Below are positions 11,778 through 23,655 of a DNA stretch of 64,000 nucleotides, in pieces (positions within the stretch are counted from its first letter, which is position 1; every line of letters begins with the position of its first letter). The translations under genes were made by a program, and so were the position numbers. The notes below the pieces were generated by a model. The model was given only the letters and a program-made list of their open reading frames with translations, was not told the DNA's origin and searched no databases. Origin of the DNA: Octopus sinensis (taxonomy: Eukaryota); assembly GCF_006345805.1 (NCBI RefSeq), contig NC_043013.1, forward strand, positions 28,706,001 through 28,770,000, written 5' to 3'.

Positions 11778-12249
11778 ATACATGGTATGTACAGTATGCA
11801 AAGCTACAGTGCAAAACATATTTTGGTGTTTTTTGAAGGTGGTCTAAATAGAGGATCTTGAGAATATTTCATTCTAATATTCGAGCTGACAGAATTGTTA
11901 CGCATCGGGCAAATTTTTTAGCGATGTATATTCCGATAATACGTTCATGAGTTCAAATGCAGCGAGGTCTACTCTGCATTCCATTCTTTCAGTGTTGCGA
12001 AATAAGTACCATTTGAGTACTGGAGTCGATAATTCAGACCATCTCAATATGTGTCTAACAACATCTTACTTTTTTGGTCTCTTAAATATACTGCATTTTG
12101 TGGCATTATTTCAAGCCAACCGGCTTTTTTGCGCAAACTGCACGTGCATTTTTCTCGCGTACGCGTAGTATCGATCGCAACAGCTGATGTACTTGCGCGT
12201 ACAAATGCACGTTCCCATGGCTTTATCGATCGCATTCTCACCTGGAATG

Positions 12250-12387
12250 GATTTTTGTAATTTTTTCAAGACTTAATCACGCCCTGATACCGTCGGTGTC
12301 TACATATCAAATTTGAGCGAAATCGGACGATGGATGCCCGAGATCCTAGAAGACACACAGACAGACAGGACGGATTTTATATAATAG
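12250..12387 (+). mobile_element. 3' end of a second Helitron/Helentron-like element (H2)
   Basis: CATATCAAATTTGAGCGAAATCGGACGATGGATGCCCGAGATCC...ACACACAGACAGACAGG...TTTTATATAATAG, the same 3' layout as H1. Confidence 0.55.
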
Positions 12388-14289
12388 ACTAGCAGTATCG
12401 CCCGGCGTTGCTCAGGTTTGTAAGGGAAATAACTATAAAGCATTTTTAGAGAGTTATAGCCAAAAAATATCCAAAAAATGGAAAAAAAATGATGGTAAAT
12501 TTTTTTTTTGAGAGTAATAAAAGGTTGAGTTGCGTCCCCAGACAGTCTGTGGTTTGTTTTTTTTTATCTCGACCCCATGTCGAATGTATCGATTTTTTCA
12601 TAGAACTGGGGGACTTTTCAAATTTTCGCTGCGTTAGTTTTGAATTATGACATTGGGCTATGTGTGTGTCAAGTTTCATCAGAATCGGGTGAAAAGCCGT
12701 GGTCAGGGTGAGGGTACGAGAAAACAGACACACAAACACGCACAGACCCAACTGCCGTTTATATAGAGGAGATTGTAAATTATATCCGAATGAAGGAAAA
12801 ATACAGAAGCATTTCAGTAAAATAAGGTATCTTTAATAATGTAATACATTTTAGAAAAAATTGAGAGGGAATATATACATGGTATGATGGAAGCACCCGT
12901 CGTTTACGACGACGAGGGTTCCGGTTGATCCGAATCAACGGAACAGCCTGCTCGTAAAATTAACGGTGTAGTGGCTGAGCACTCCACAGACACGTGTACC
13001 CTTACGTAGTTCTCGGGGATATTCAGCGTGACACAGAGAGTGACAAGGCCGGCCTTTGAAATACAGGTACAACAGAAACCGGAAGTAAGAGTGAGAGAAA
13101 GTTGTGGTGAAAGAGTACAGCAGGGATCACCACCATCCCCTGCCGAAGCCTCGTGGAGCTTTTTAGGAGGTGTTTTCGCTCAATAAACACTCACAACGCC
13201 CGGTCTGGAATCGAAACCGCGATCCTATGACCACGAGTCCCTGCTCTAACCACTGGGCCATTGCGCCTCCACATACATGGTAATGATACGGTATGCAAAG
13301 CTACAGTGCAAAAACATATTTTGGTGTTTATTTGAAGGTGTCTAAATAGAGGATCTTGAGAATATTTCATTCTAATATTCGAGCTGACAGAATTGTTACG
13401 CATCGGGCAAATTTTTTTTAGCGATGTATATTCCGATAATACGTTCATGAGTTCAAATGCAGCTGAGGTCTACTCTGCATTCCATTCTTTCAGTGTTGCG
13501 AAATAAGTACCATTTGAGTACTGGAGTCGATAAATCAGACATCTCAATATGTGTCGTAACAACATCTTACTTTTTTGGTCTCTTAAATATACTGCATTTT
13601 GTGGCATTATTTCAAGCCAACCGGCTTTTTTTGCGCAAACTGCACGTGCATTTTTCTCGCGTACGCGTAGTATCGATCGCAACAGCTGATGTACTTGCGC
13701 GTACAAATGCACGTTCCCATGGCTTTATCGATCGCATTTCCACCTGAAGGATTTTTGTAATTTTTTCAAGACTTAATCACGCCCTGATACCGTCGGTGTC
13801 TACATATCAAATTTGAGCGAAATCGGACGATGGATGCCCGAGATCTAGAAGACACACAGACACAGGACGGATTTTATATATAGACTAGCAGTATCGCCGG
13901 CGTGCTCAGGTTTGTAAGGGAAATAACTATAAAGCATTTTTAGAGAGTTATAGCAAAAAATATCCAAAAAATGGAAAAAAATGATGGTAAATTTTTTTTT
14001 TGAGAGTAATAAAAGGTTGATTGCGTCCCCTAGACAGTCTGTGGTTTGTTTTTTTTTATTCTCGACCCCATGTCGAATGTAATCGATTTTTTTCAGAACT
14101 GGGGAACTTTTCAAAATTTTCGCTGCGTTAGTTTTGAATTATGCATTGGGCTATGTGTGTGTCAAAGTTTTTCATTTCATCAGAATCGGTTGAAAGCCGT
14201 GGTCAGGGTGATGGGTACGAGAAAACAGACACACAGAAACACCACAGACAAACTGCCGTTTATATAGAGAGAGATGAAAACTGAAAGAA

Positions 14290-14488
14290 GCCCATGTATA
14301 TATACATACATCCATATATGTATGTATGTATGTATGTATGCATATATATGTGTGTGTGTGTGTGTGTGTGAATGTATATATATATATATATGTATGTATA
14401 TATATATATGTGTGTGTGTGTATGTATATATATAAATGTATATATATATATGTATATATATATGTGTGTGTGTGTATATATATATATG

Positions 14489-14521
<33 letters not shown>

Positions 14522-14643
14522 ATGTATACATATATATATATATATGTGTGTATATATATATATATATGTGTATGTATATATATACATACCTATATATATA
14601 CACAATATACACATACATATATATATATATGTACACGCATACC

Positions 14644-14675
<32 letters not shown>
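14290..14675. repeat. compound (TA)n/(TG)n/(TATG)n microsatellite
   Basis: Direct reading of the sequence. Confidence 0.95.
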
Positions 14676-14677
<2 letters not shown>

Positions 14678-15136
14678 GGTGTGTGTACCCTTGTCTTAAA
14701 ATCACATGATGGTTGTCAACAAGAATCACCATCATGCAACTGATGTTTTTTGGGGGGTTTTTTCAGGTCTTCCATGAAAAACATGTCTAGCCATGGAAAA
14801 TGTGTCTACTGGAAAAACATGTCTTGGCTGGAAACAGGTGGGACCTAGTTGCAGAAAAGACATCGAGCCTGGCTCAATGAATTCCAACTGACCTATGCAA
14901 TATGGAAAATGAACATTACTATATTTTCTAGTATATAATTCAACGTAGGTGCAGGAGTGGCTGTGTTGTAAGTAGCTTGCTTACCAACCACATGGTTCCG
15001 GGTTCAGTCTCACTGCGTGGCACCTTGGCCAAGTGTCTTCTACTATAGCCTCGGGCTGACCAAAGCCTTGTGAGTGGATTTGGTAGACAGAAACTGAAAG
15101 AAGCCTGTCGTATATATGTATATATATATATATATA

Positions 15137-15402
15137 ACAATTGCAGCGTGGAAGGTGTTTATAAGCCATTTAAGAAACACACAAAAGCCGTTCGATTCAC
15201 TCCAACATTTAAGTTTAATTTGTCAAAATATTTTCGTCGCTAAAATCCGTGCTAAGTCCGTGCTGCACGACTTTGTCAGTGAACAGGTCGCGGATTTTAG
15301 CGACGAAAATATTTTGACAAATTAAACTTAAATGTTGGAGTGAATCGAACGGCTTTTGTGTGTTTCTTAAATGGCTTTAAACACCTTCCACGCTGCAATT
15401 GT
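15137..15402. repeat. long near-perfect inverted repeat (113/112-bp arms, 41-nt spacer)
   Basis: 15137-15249 is the reverse complement of 15291-15402 apart from one 1-nt indel. Confidence 0.97.
15272..15321 (+). ncRNA. minimal type I hammerhead-like motif with G3-C8 core variant
   Basis: UUUGUCA-GUGAACA-G-GUCGC(GGAUUUUA)GCGAC-GAAA-A(UA)UU-U-UGACAAA: 7-bp stem I, 5-bp stem II, palindromic AAUAUU mini stem III. Confidence 0.65.
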
Positions 15403-15455
15403 TTTCGTTTCAGCACACGATCTCAGATCAAATTACTTGCTATGCGAGTACATCT

Positions 15456-15500
<45 letters not shown>

Positions 15501-16334
15501 GTGTGTGTGTGTGTGTCTGTGTTTACCCCCCCGAAACATCGTTTGACACCGATGCTGGTGTGTTTACATCCACATAACCTAGCGGTTCAGCAAAAGGGAC
15601 CGACAAAATAATTACTAGGCTTACAAAGAATAAGTCCTGGGGTCGATTTTCTCGACTAAAAGTGGTGCTCCAGCATGGCCACAGTCAAATGACTGAAACA
15701 AGTAAAAGAGTAGTATTTTAGTGAAAACATGTAGAATAAATATTCAAACATTGCCACTATCTTTCCAAACCCTGCTACATTTCACATGGAATTTTTAGTC
15801 TTCCAAAGTCATCTTGGTGTATAAATTTTAGTCTGAAAAATTTGACTTCTTGCCAGAAAATATGGTAAATGATGATGATGATTGGAAACGTTCTCTTAGT
15901 TAATACTTTCTGTTAATTAGATTAATTGTTTTTTTTTTTTCTTAAACTACTGCATTTACACATCATTAAGTTCCAGTTTGCTCAGCAGCAACATGTCTAT
16001 GGCCAGCTGTGTTTGGCTGACAGTGTTTATATTTATTATGAGTTTACCAAAAATTCTGTATCTAGTTAACTGAGTTTTTATTGAAAAATGTATTGATTTA
16101 GTGTCAAATTAAAGAAAAAGCAGAAGGTGTGAAGTACAAAACAACTGCAGCAGGTTTGGTTAAAACTGAATAGCTTAACAAAATAGCTGAAAATGCTATG
16201 TCGAAATATTTTACGAGGTCGTGAATGTTGAGCTTTAAGAAATATTTATGTATGATTCGGAAACTGGAGTTTACAGTTCATAATGTCATCGTCTGAAAGT
16301 TGCTGGAGAATTTACTACTGGAAAAAAAAAGTGG

Positions 16335-16365
<31 letters not shown>

Positions 16366-17802
16366 GTCATCGTCATCATCATCGTCGTTGTCGTCATCAT
16401 CATCATCATCATCCAGTGTTTTAAATCCGGGTTTAATCCGTTAATGGAGGGTGGCCAGATCTATCTCAATGCCATAACAACCGAGGTAGGCAGTTGCAGC
16501 CCACCCCAACCTTTAGGCTGGCTGGCTGGCTGGTGCCCATTCTCCCTTGCTATCATGAGGCTTTTTTAGAGCTGGATTTTCTATGGGGTGCATGCCCTTA
16601 CTTACTCCCAATCTCAGTTTCTAGGCATCAATGGCCCTGAGACTAAGGCCTCTACCACAATTTTTAAGAAATGTCGTGGAAAACTAGCTCAGGAAGGCAA
16701 GGACATTACTCCCTGAGACCCCCTTTTAGACCCCCTTACCTAAATGATGTTTGAAACTTAACTTTTTGATGCATCATTTGGAAAGTAAATCACACACTGG
16801 AGTTATATTTAAGCTCAGGCCCACAGTAAAATAGAAATTCTCATGACATGTTCGTGGAATGCTACAGATGGTAGTAAGTGGAAGTGCAGATGAGCGAAAA
16901 TGAAAATGATCAAACTGAGAGAAGATTAAAGTTCTTATGGAACGTATGTTGTTAGCAGCTGAAATAAATAACTCTTTACCCTCGACTTGACACATTAAAA
17001 CGAACATCATTATCGTTTTTAACATTCACTTTTCCACACTTGCATGAATCAGAAAGAATCTGTTGGGACCGGTTGTCTATGGGTAGACTGTCTTTCTGTC
17101 ACCAGTCCAGTCCTCATCTGTTTCTAAACATGGTAATTATTCTTCATGGCTAGAACATGTTTTTCAAAGAAAACTGGAGATGAACAACATCACATGACAG
17201 TGATACTCATTCAAAATCATGACAAGGTCACAGACACATGTATACATGCATATCTGTTTAGTATATTTATGTGTTTGTATATGTGTATGTGTGTGCATGC
17301 ATGCATGTATGTATTATGTATGTATGTATGTATGTGTGTATGATGTGTGTATGTATGTATATGAATATAAAATGGGTTTCCTTCAGTTTTTCTCAACCAA
17401 AATCCACTCACAAAGCTTGCATTAAATTAGTAGAAGGCATTTGCACAAGGTGCCATGCAGTAGGACTGAACCTGAAACCTCATTGTTGGGGAGGAGACTT
17501 CTTAACCACACAGCCATGCTTGCATCTATTGTATACCATTTCAGCTCCCAGATAGCTGGTAAAGCAAGAATTATGCCTTTGAATTTCTGGACACCATTAA
17601 TCGTATTGTTTAGATAGACATGCCTGAAGAAATATATCTCTGGCTTTTCACACGTTAATTTTTAATAAAACCACAAATTTATTTATCAACAGATGCTTCA
17701 TTCTGTCTTCAAATTCTGGTCTAAAGATTGTACTCTGCACAAAAGGCTTCTTTGGTGGAATAACTCAGCTGCAAGTGTGCTATATTTGTACCGTTTCAAC
17801 AC

Positions 17803-18035
17803 TGAGCTGGCAGAAACATTAGCATTTTGGGTGAAATGCTTAGCGGTATTTTGTCAGTCTTTATGTTCTGAGTTGAAATTCCACCAAGGTCGACTTTGCC
17901 ATTCATCCTTGGGAAGGGGGGGGGGGGCGATTAAATAAGTACCAGTTATGCACTGGGGTCGATGTAATCGACTTAATCCCTTTGTCCTTGTTTATTCCCT
18001 CTATGTTTACCCCCCTGTAGCCAATAAAGAAATAA
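17803..18035 (+). mobile_element. SINE family 4
   Basis: GAGCTGGCAGAA..GTTAGCA...GAGTTCAAAT...GGTCGACTTTGCCTTTCATCCTTTCGGGG...AAGTACCAGT core; further copies at ~20905-21065, 21127-21340, 28228-28445, 37492-37710, 50790-50990 (-), 51030-51240 and 61275-61485. Confidence 0.75.
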
Positions 18036-18239
18036 ACACTGGAGCAGGTTTATGAAGGGAAGAAACTTGCGTTTTGTAAAATCAGGATGTTTCCGTCTAA
18101 TGGACCATCGGTAATGTTGATTTTTCAACAAGACTGAAACAGGAAATTCCATTCTCAATTCCTCAATTCTGCAACATTCTGGATTACATCATGAAGATCT
18201 GGCAATTTCTAATATGTGGAAAGAAGTCAAATAGAAACA

Positions 18240-18740
18240 AAAAAAAAAAAATGGAAGCTTTGATGAGAACAATCTATACTGCTTTATTGATCTACCATTA
18301 AAAGATGCAAGTTTAAGAAAATTCCAGAGGCTTCTGAGAATTAAGTTGTTGCCTTCAGACCATTTAATGAAGTTGGATAGTTATCTAGACACTTTGCATT
18401 GCGGTTGATAATAAAGAATTATAAGGTACTGATCACATACATTGAAGAAGATAAGTGAAATAGCCCTGTAGCTAGATATTGTCACAAGAAACTGATAAAC
18501 ATCACATAAAAAGTAGCATTGCAGGTTTTAAGCTATAGCTTTGAAGAACCGGTTACATTCTACAAGATTCTTCAAAAGAATGACCTGACAGCGATTTCTT
18601 CACTTTGTTGTGCACAAGGCAAAATTAACAAGATAAGAAAGCAGTTTTGGAGAGACAAAGTTTCATGGAATGACAAAGTTAAAGTTTTGTTAAACCAACA
18701 ACATGGAGCAAACACAAACAATCGAAGTAAGTTTGCTGCT
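18240..18740 (+). pseudogene. possible highly degraded hAT (ZBED/Charlie-like) transposase relic
   Basis: AL*LD near 18463 and EEPVTFYK...KQFWRDKVSWNDKVKV...HGA loosely resemble ALQLDE...EEFLFCK...W....TDGA; weak similarity. Confidence 0.3.
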
Positions 18741-19424
18741 CACTTTAATAAATCATCTTTGCATTCATTTAGAAAAAAGGTTTATTGTTGCCTTTTTATT
18801 TACCTTCTACTTTGAGGGAATGCCCTTACCATCTCTCTTCCCAGCTGGGAAAGTCATGTATCTCCTCCTCAGTGGAACTCCTACTCCTGTCTCTTTATCA
18901 TACTTTCACCACCCTTGATTTTCTACTCCCCTCAGTCAAGGGGGTTCTTGTGCTGTGAGTACTCAGTGACATCATTGGAGCTAGTGTCGAGAAAAAAGCA
19001 CCCTGTCCACTCTGTAATGTAGTTGGCATTAGGAAGGGCATCAGGCTGTAGAAACCATGCCAAAGTAGATACTACACCTTTTCACAGTGCTCTGAATTGT
19101 TGGTTCCTGTTGAGCTGTTCCACCCATGCCAACGGGGAAAAGGTGAAATTAAATGATGATGATGATGATGATGATGATATTCCATGAAGATGAGGTGCAA
19201 GAAAGGTAGGTTTTTGATTCCTCCACAATTGCAAATCATGACGATATATTTACAAAATATCATGATTTTCCACCAGGAATTGCTGTAATAGCTTAATTAT
19301 TCAAAATATTGCATGCGAGGAAAAAAATATCCAAAATGATTTCAAATAGTGACCAAAATGGCAATATTTATACTTCAAGATGAGCAGTTTTGTGAACTTG
19401 CAAAGATGATGGGTTAGTTACTTT

Positions 19425-19885
19425 GTTCTCTCCATGCCATGAGGCACGTAAGGCCACAACACAATCTCTCCAACCAGCTCTGTTTTCTGTCCCTGTTCTG
19501 GTCTCATTCCAGCTTCTCCACCCTCCTTGTCCCCTTTCTTTGTCAATGGTCCTTTGCCATGTGGTTTTAGGGTGCCTTGCTGTTCTTTTCCCCTTTAGTG
19601 CCACCTTACAATCACTTTCTTAATCTTATTTGAGGACATGTTCAACCCGTGCCAACATCTGCATTTTATTTAATCACTGATCCTGTCAATGCCCATTGTC
19701 ATCTCAATTGTATCATTTTGGACTCTTTGCAGCCGCTTGATGCCAAGTATTTTCCTTTACTGGAAACTGGAAGCTGTCTACTGTTTTTTCCCCCTTCCAT
19801 TTTGTCACTTTCCAGTTTTCACATCCGTAGAGTAATACTGGTCAGACCAATGTCTTGAACTTCTTCAGCTTCGTTTTGTAGCCTA
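19425..19885 (-). pseudogene. RTE-clade LINE ORF2 C-terminal fragment (different family)
   Basis: KTKLKKFKTLV*PVLLYGCENW...; GKRTARHPKTTWQRTIDKER...WRSWNE...RAGWRDCVVALRASWH. Confidence 0.8.
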
Positions 19886-20401
19886 TGATGGGTACCGCTT
19901 GAATATTTATTATACCAAGTTTAGTTTGTGAGTAATTGTAATGAATCCACTCAAAAACAAGCTGAGAGAGTATTTAGATAAAAGTTATTTAGCTATAATA
20001 ATGAGAATCGACAGCCATTAATTGGCTGGAAGTTTTGTTAATCTAGACAGTTTATACAAAGAATGGAGAGTGAAAAAATGATTTTGTGGATTAAGTATGT
20101 ATGTTATTCTGTGGTAGTTTTATGTTAAATATTTTGTAAATCCACATAAATTGCGTTATGTTTGATAATTTACTCATTAAGTACGTGGATAGTTTGTCAA
20201 CTAGCTTAGTAATTAAATGAATTTTGATTTAACCATTTGCAGCAACTTTAATGATGATGATGATAATAATAATAATGATAATAAAGATAATATTTATAAT
20301 AGTAATAACTATAATAATAATAATAACAATGATTTCTTTTATCTGTCACTAGAACAACAGATGAGGGATACAATATAAAGACAGACATAAAGTGTAGGTG
20401 T

Positions 20402-20453
<52 letters not shown>

Positions 20454-20639
20454 TAATCCTGTGAATTGATGAGTAATACTAATTATAACTTATTTCAACA
20501 TCGTATCACATAAAAATAAGCTCCTTGAAGTTTTATGTAAATGAACAACAAACTGATGAAACTAAAGTAGAGGATAAAAGCTTAACAAAATATATTACTT
20601 TGTTGAATGTGATCATATTAGTATTATATTTATTATAGT

Positions 20640-20905
20640 GGAGACACTATGGCCCAGTTGTTAGGGCAGTGGACTCGCAGTCATAGGATAGCGGTTTCAA
20701 TTCCTAGACCTAGCGTTGTGAGTGTTGATTGTGCGAAAACACCTAAAGCTCCATGAAGCTCTGGCAGGGGGTGGTGGTGAACCCTGCTGTATTCTTTCAC
20801 CATAACTTTGTCTCACTCTTTCTTCTTGTTTCTGTTGTACCTGTATTTCAAAGGGCCAGGATGGTCACACACTGTGTCACACTGAATCTCCCTAAGAACA
20901 ACATT
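20640..20905 (+). mobile_element. family 3 SINE, 3'-truncated
   Basis: Homologous to 11394-11777; other copies at ~27885-28145 (-) and 51420-51740 (-). Confidence 0.75.
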
Positions 20906-21080
20906 TCGTCCATGTTTACATTCTGAGTTCAAATTCTGCTGAGGTCAACTTTACCTTTCATCTTTTTGGGGTGGATAAAATAAATACCAGTTGAACACTG
21001 AGGTTGATGTAATCGACTTAACCCTTCCCCAAAATTACTGCCCTTGTAGCAAAATTTGAAACCATTATTATTATTATTAA

Positions 21081-21125
<45 letters not shown>

Positions 21126-21636
21126 AGGCATGAGCTAGCAGAGTCATTAGCATGCTGGATGAAATGCTTAGCAGCGTTTCATCCATTTTTATATTCTGAG
21201 TTCAAATTCTGCCAAGGTCGACTTTGCCTTTCATCCTTTCGGGGTTGATGAAATAAGTACCAGTCGAGTACTGTGGTCAATGTAATCAACTTTTCCCTTA
21301 CCCCCAAATTTCAGACGTTGTACCTATAGTAGAAAGGATTATTATTATTGTCATAAAGGACCATCTATTGGTAGAATCTCTGAAGAACATGGGAAAAATG
21401 GTGCTGTGCCATTTGGTTATCCCCACTTTTAGTCTATCGTTTCGAATCCCCCACCAAGGACAGTAAAGATTAAACAGGGAACCAACGGGAGAGATGTAGA
21501 AAAGACAACCCAAAGCTGATAACATGTTGTCAATAGCCTATGCTCCATACATACGGAAATAAGGGCTTAAGTAAACATGATTTAATGAGGGCTTACAAAA
21601 ACCCCCAAACTCTTAACCACTATGCCATATGCCCAT

Positions 21637-21733
21637 GGGCATATGGCTTAGTGGTTAAGAGTGCAGGTTACTAACCCCAAGATTCCGAGTCCAATTCCAG
21701 GCAGTGACCTGAATAATAATAATAATAATAATG

Positions 21734-21772
<39 letters not shown>

Positions 21773-21783
21773 TAATAATAATA

Positions 21784-21823
<40 letters not shown>

Positions 21824-22005
21824 CAACAACAACATTGAAAAATACTTTAGGGATTTCAAAAAATGCCTTAGGCATTTCAAAATACCTTAGGAACTTCGAA
21901 ATTTCCCCAAGACACCTGATAAAGGCTGGAGGGTATATCAGCCAAAACATTGTGTTAACAACAAACAAGATGAGGACAAATATCCGTCGAATGTAAATAA
22001 TGTAA
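21637..22005 (+). mobile_element. tRNA-headed element with (AAT)n and a 3' hammerhead-like motif
   Basis: A-box TGGCTTAGTGG 21644-21654, B-box-like GAGTCCAATTCC 21687-21698, (AAT)n 21712-21835, hammerhead-like motif 21911-21956. Confidence 0.6.
21911..21956 (+). ncRNA. decayed minimal hammerhead-like motif
   Basis: GACAC-CUGAUAA-A-GGCUG(GAGGGUAUAU)CAGCC-AAAAC-AUU-GUGUU; three G to A changes (G8, G12, G16.2), two of them at CpG sites. Confidence 0.6.
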
Positions 22006-22134
22006 ATTAAGCACTAGTTGAGTCCTGGAGGGGTCGATGTAATCAACTATCCCCTTCCCCCAAAATTTCAGGATTTTTTTGAGGGCTGACAAAAACCCAC
22101 TAGAAAAAATTATTATTATTATTTTTATTATTGA

Positions 22135-22690
22135 ATGAGAGAGCAGCTCATGACATCAAAGTGACTTTAGGGTACAAATATACAAAGCCCAATATACCTA
22201 TTATTACTACCTGTCTGATAAGGGTACACCAGGCACATGCCTCTTAACCATATCTGTGCAACATGGTAATCTCATATCAAGATAAACAATGCATGACCTT
22301 GCAGGTGGGACCCAATTTGAATTTTCATCAAGTTGAGTAGCCCATCCCACATAAAAGGCCCTTGAATAAGGATTATTTAGCGATGATGAATGAAACACCC
22401 ATGTTTCCAAACGTGAATCATTCAAAAGCCACAGAATTTCTCTCAACACATAGCTATGATGCTCTCCCATTACTTCTGCTCGTGAGCAGAGATGCACATA
22501 TTGTCAACCATTAAGGGACATTCTCAAATGGTTAAGGTCAAGCAACTGACAAGCAAATCTGTGGTACTGAGCAGAATATTTGCTGTAGCACATCTTTTAT
22601 ACCAAGACAAAACAATGTACATGTTAACACTTCCAATCACTTAATACCAGAAGCCTCAAGAGCCACTGCCTGGTATTGCATTAGGACTAT
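22135..22690 (-). mobile_element. retroposon with (AAT)n tail (family 5)
   Basis: Homologous to 39887-40265; both abut (TTA)n at the left end. Confidence 0.7.
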
Positions 22691-23264
22691 CATCAACGTT
22701 ATCATCACCACCACCACCACCCAATTCTAATAGTATCTGACTCATTAATAACAATTTAGCCTTCCCCTGTCTGGATAATATGGTTATAATGCAATATGGA
22801 TATCGCACTGAAATGTTAGTCTGGTCTTTGAATTGAAATTATCTGATAAGCTGTATCACATTAAGGAATACTACCAAATATATATATGCAAAGTGGATGT
22901 ACACAGAGTATGATCATTGCTAGAAATGCCAGCTGGTAAGCTGTCGGTGCTATGTAGAGCTTCACTGAAAGTTTACAATTAAGCCTATCCCTGCTTGAAT
23001 TATATGGTTATAAGGCAATATGGATATCGGAGTGAAATGTTAGCCTGGGTTTTCTGTTGAAATTATCTGATAAACTGTACTACTTTCAGTGAAGCTCTAT
23101 TTTAGCACCGATAGCTGACTGGCTGCTATTTCTAGCAATGATCGTATTTCGTGTACATCTCACTTTGCATATTTATAATTCTACCTGTTATGGTGCTTTA
23201 TTTTTGGTGTATAGTAATATTATTTTTGATAATATTTATATTTCTTCTATATATATATATGTCA

Positions 23265-23427
23265 GGCACAGGAGTGGCTGTGTGGTCAGTAGCTTGTTTA
23301 CCAACCACATGGTTCTGGGTTCAGTCCCACTGTGTGGCAATTTGGGTAAGTGTCTTCTACTATAGCCTCATGCCGACCAAAGCCTTGTGAGTGGATTTGG
23401 TAGAGGGAAACTGAAAGAAGCCCATTG

Positions 23428-23460
<33 letters not shown>

Positions 23461-23655
23461 ATATATGTTTGTGTGTGTGTTTGTCACCCCAACATCGCTT
23501 GACAACTGATGCTGGTGTGTTTACATATCTGTAACTTAGCAGTTCAGCAAAAGAGACCAATAGAATATGTACTACGCTTACAAAGAATAAGTCCTTGAGT
23601 AAAGGCGGTGCTCCAGAATGGCTACAGTCAAATGACTGAAACAAATAAAAGAATA
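23265..23655 (+). mobile_element. full-length family 2 SINE
   Basis: Head, internal (TA)n(TG)n and tail all present; similar copies at 36975-37335 (-) and 43610-44000 (-). Confidence 0.85.

Larger units (their letters stand above)
10886..14275 (+). repeat. tandem array of a ~1.5-kb composite unit (2 full copies plus a 392-bp third partial copy)
   Basis: ACTAGCAGTATCGCC starts at 10886, 12388 and 13884 (periods 1502 and 1496). Confidence 0.97.
14946..15712 (+). mobile_element. family 2 SINE interrupted in its (TA)n tract by a fold-back element
   Basis: Head 14946-15115 and tail ~15505-15712, with the insert 15137-15458 between TA tracts. Confidence 0.85.

Noticed and set aside
15960-16300. 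Possible N-terminal part of a hAT transposase
   Set aside because: No frame gives convincing motifs by eye.
21430-21470. Minus-strand GUCCUUGGUGGGGGAUUCGAAACGAUAGAC
   Set aside because: Too degenerate in the core to call without a family consensus.
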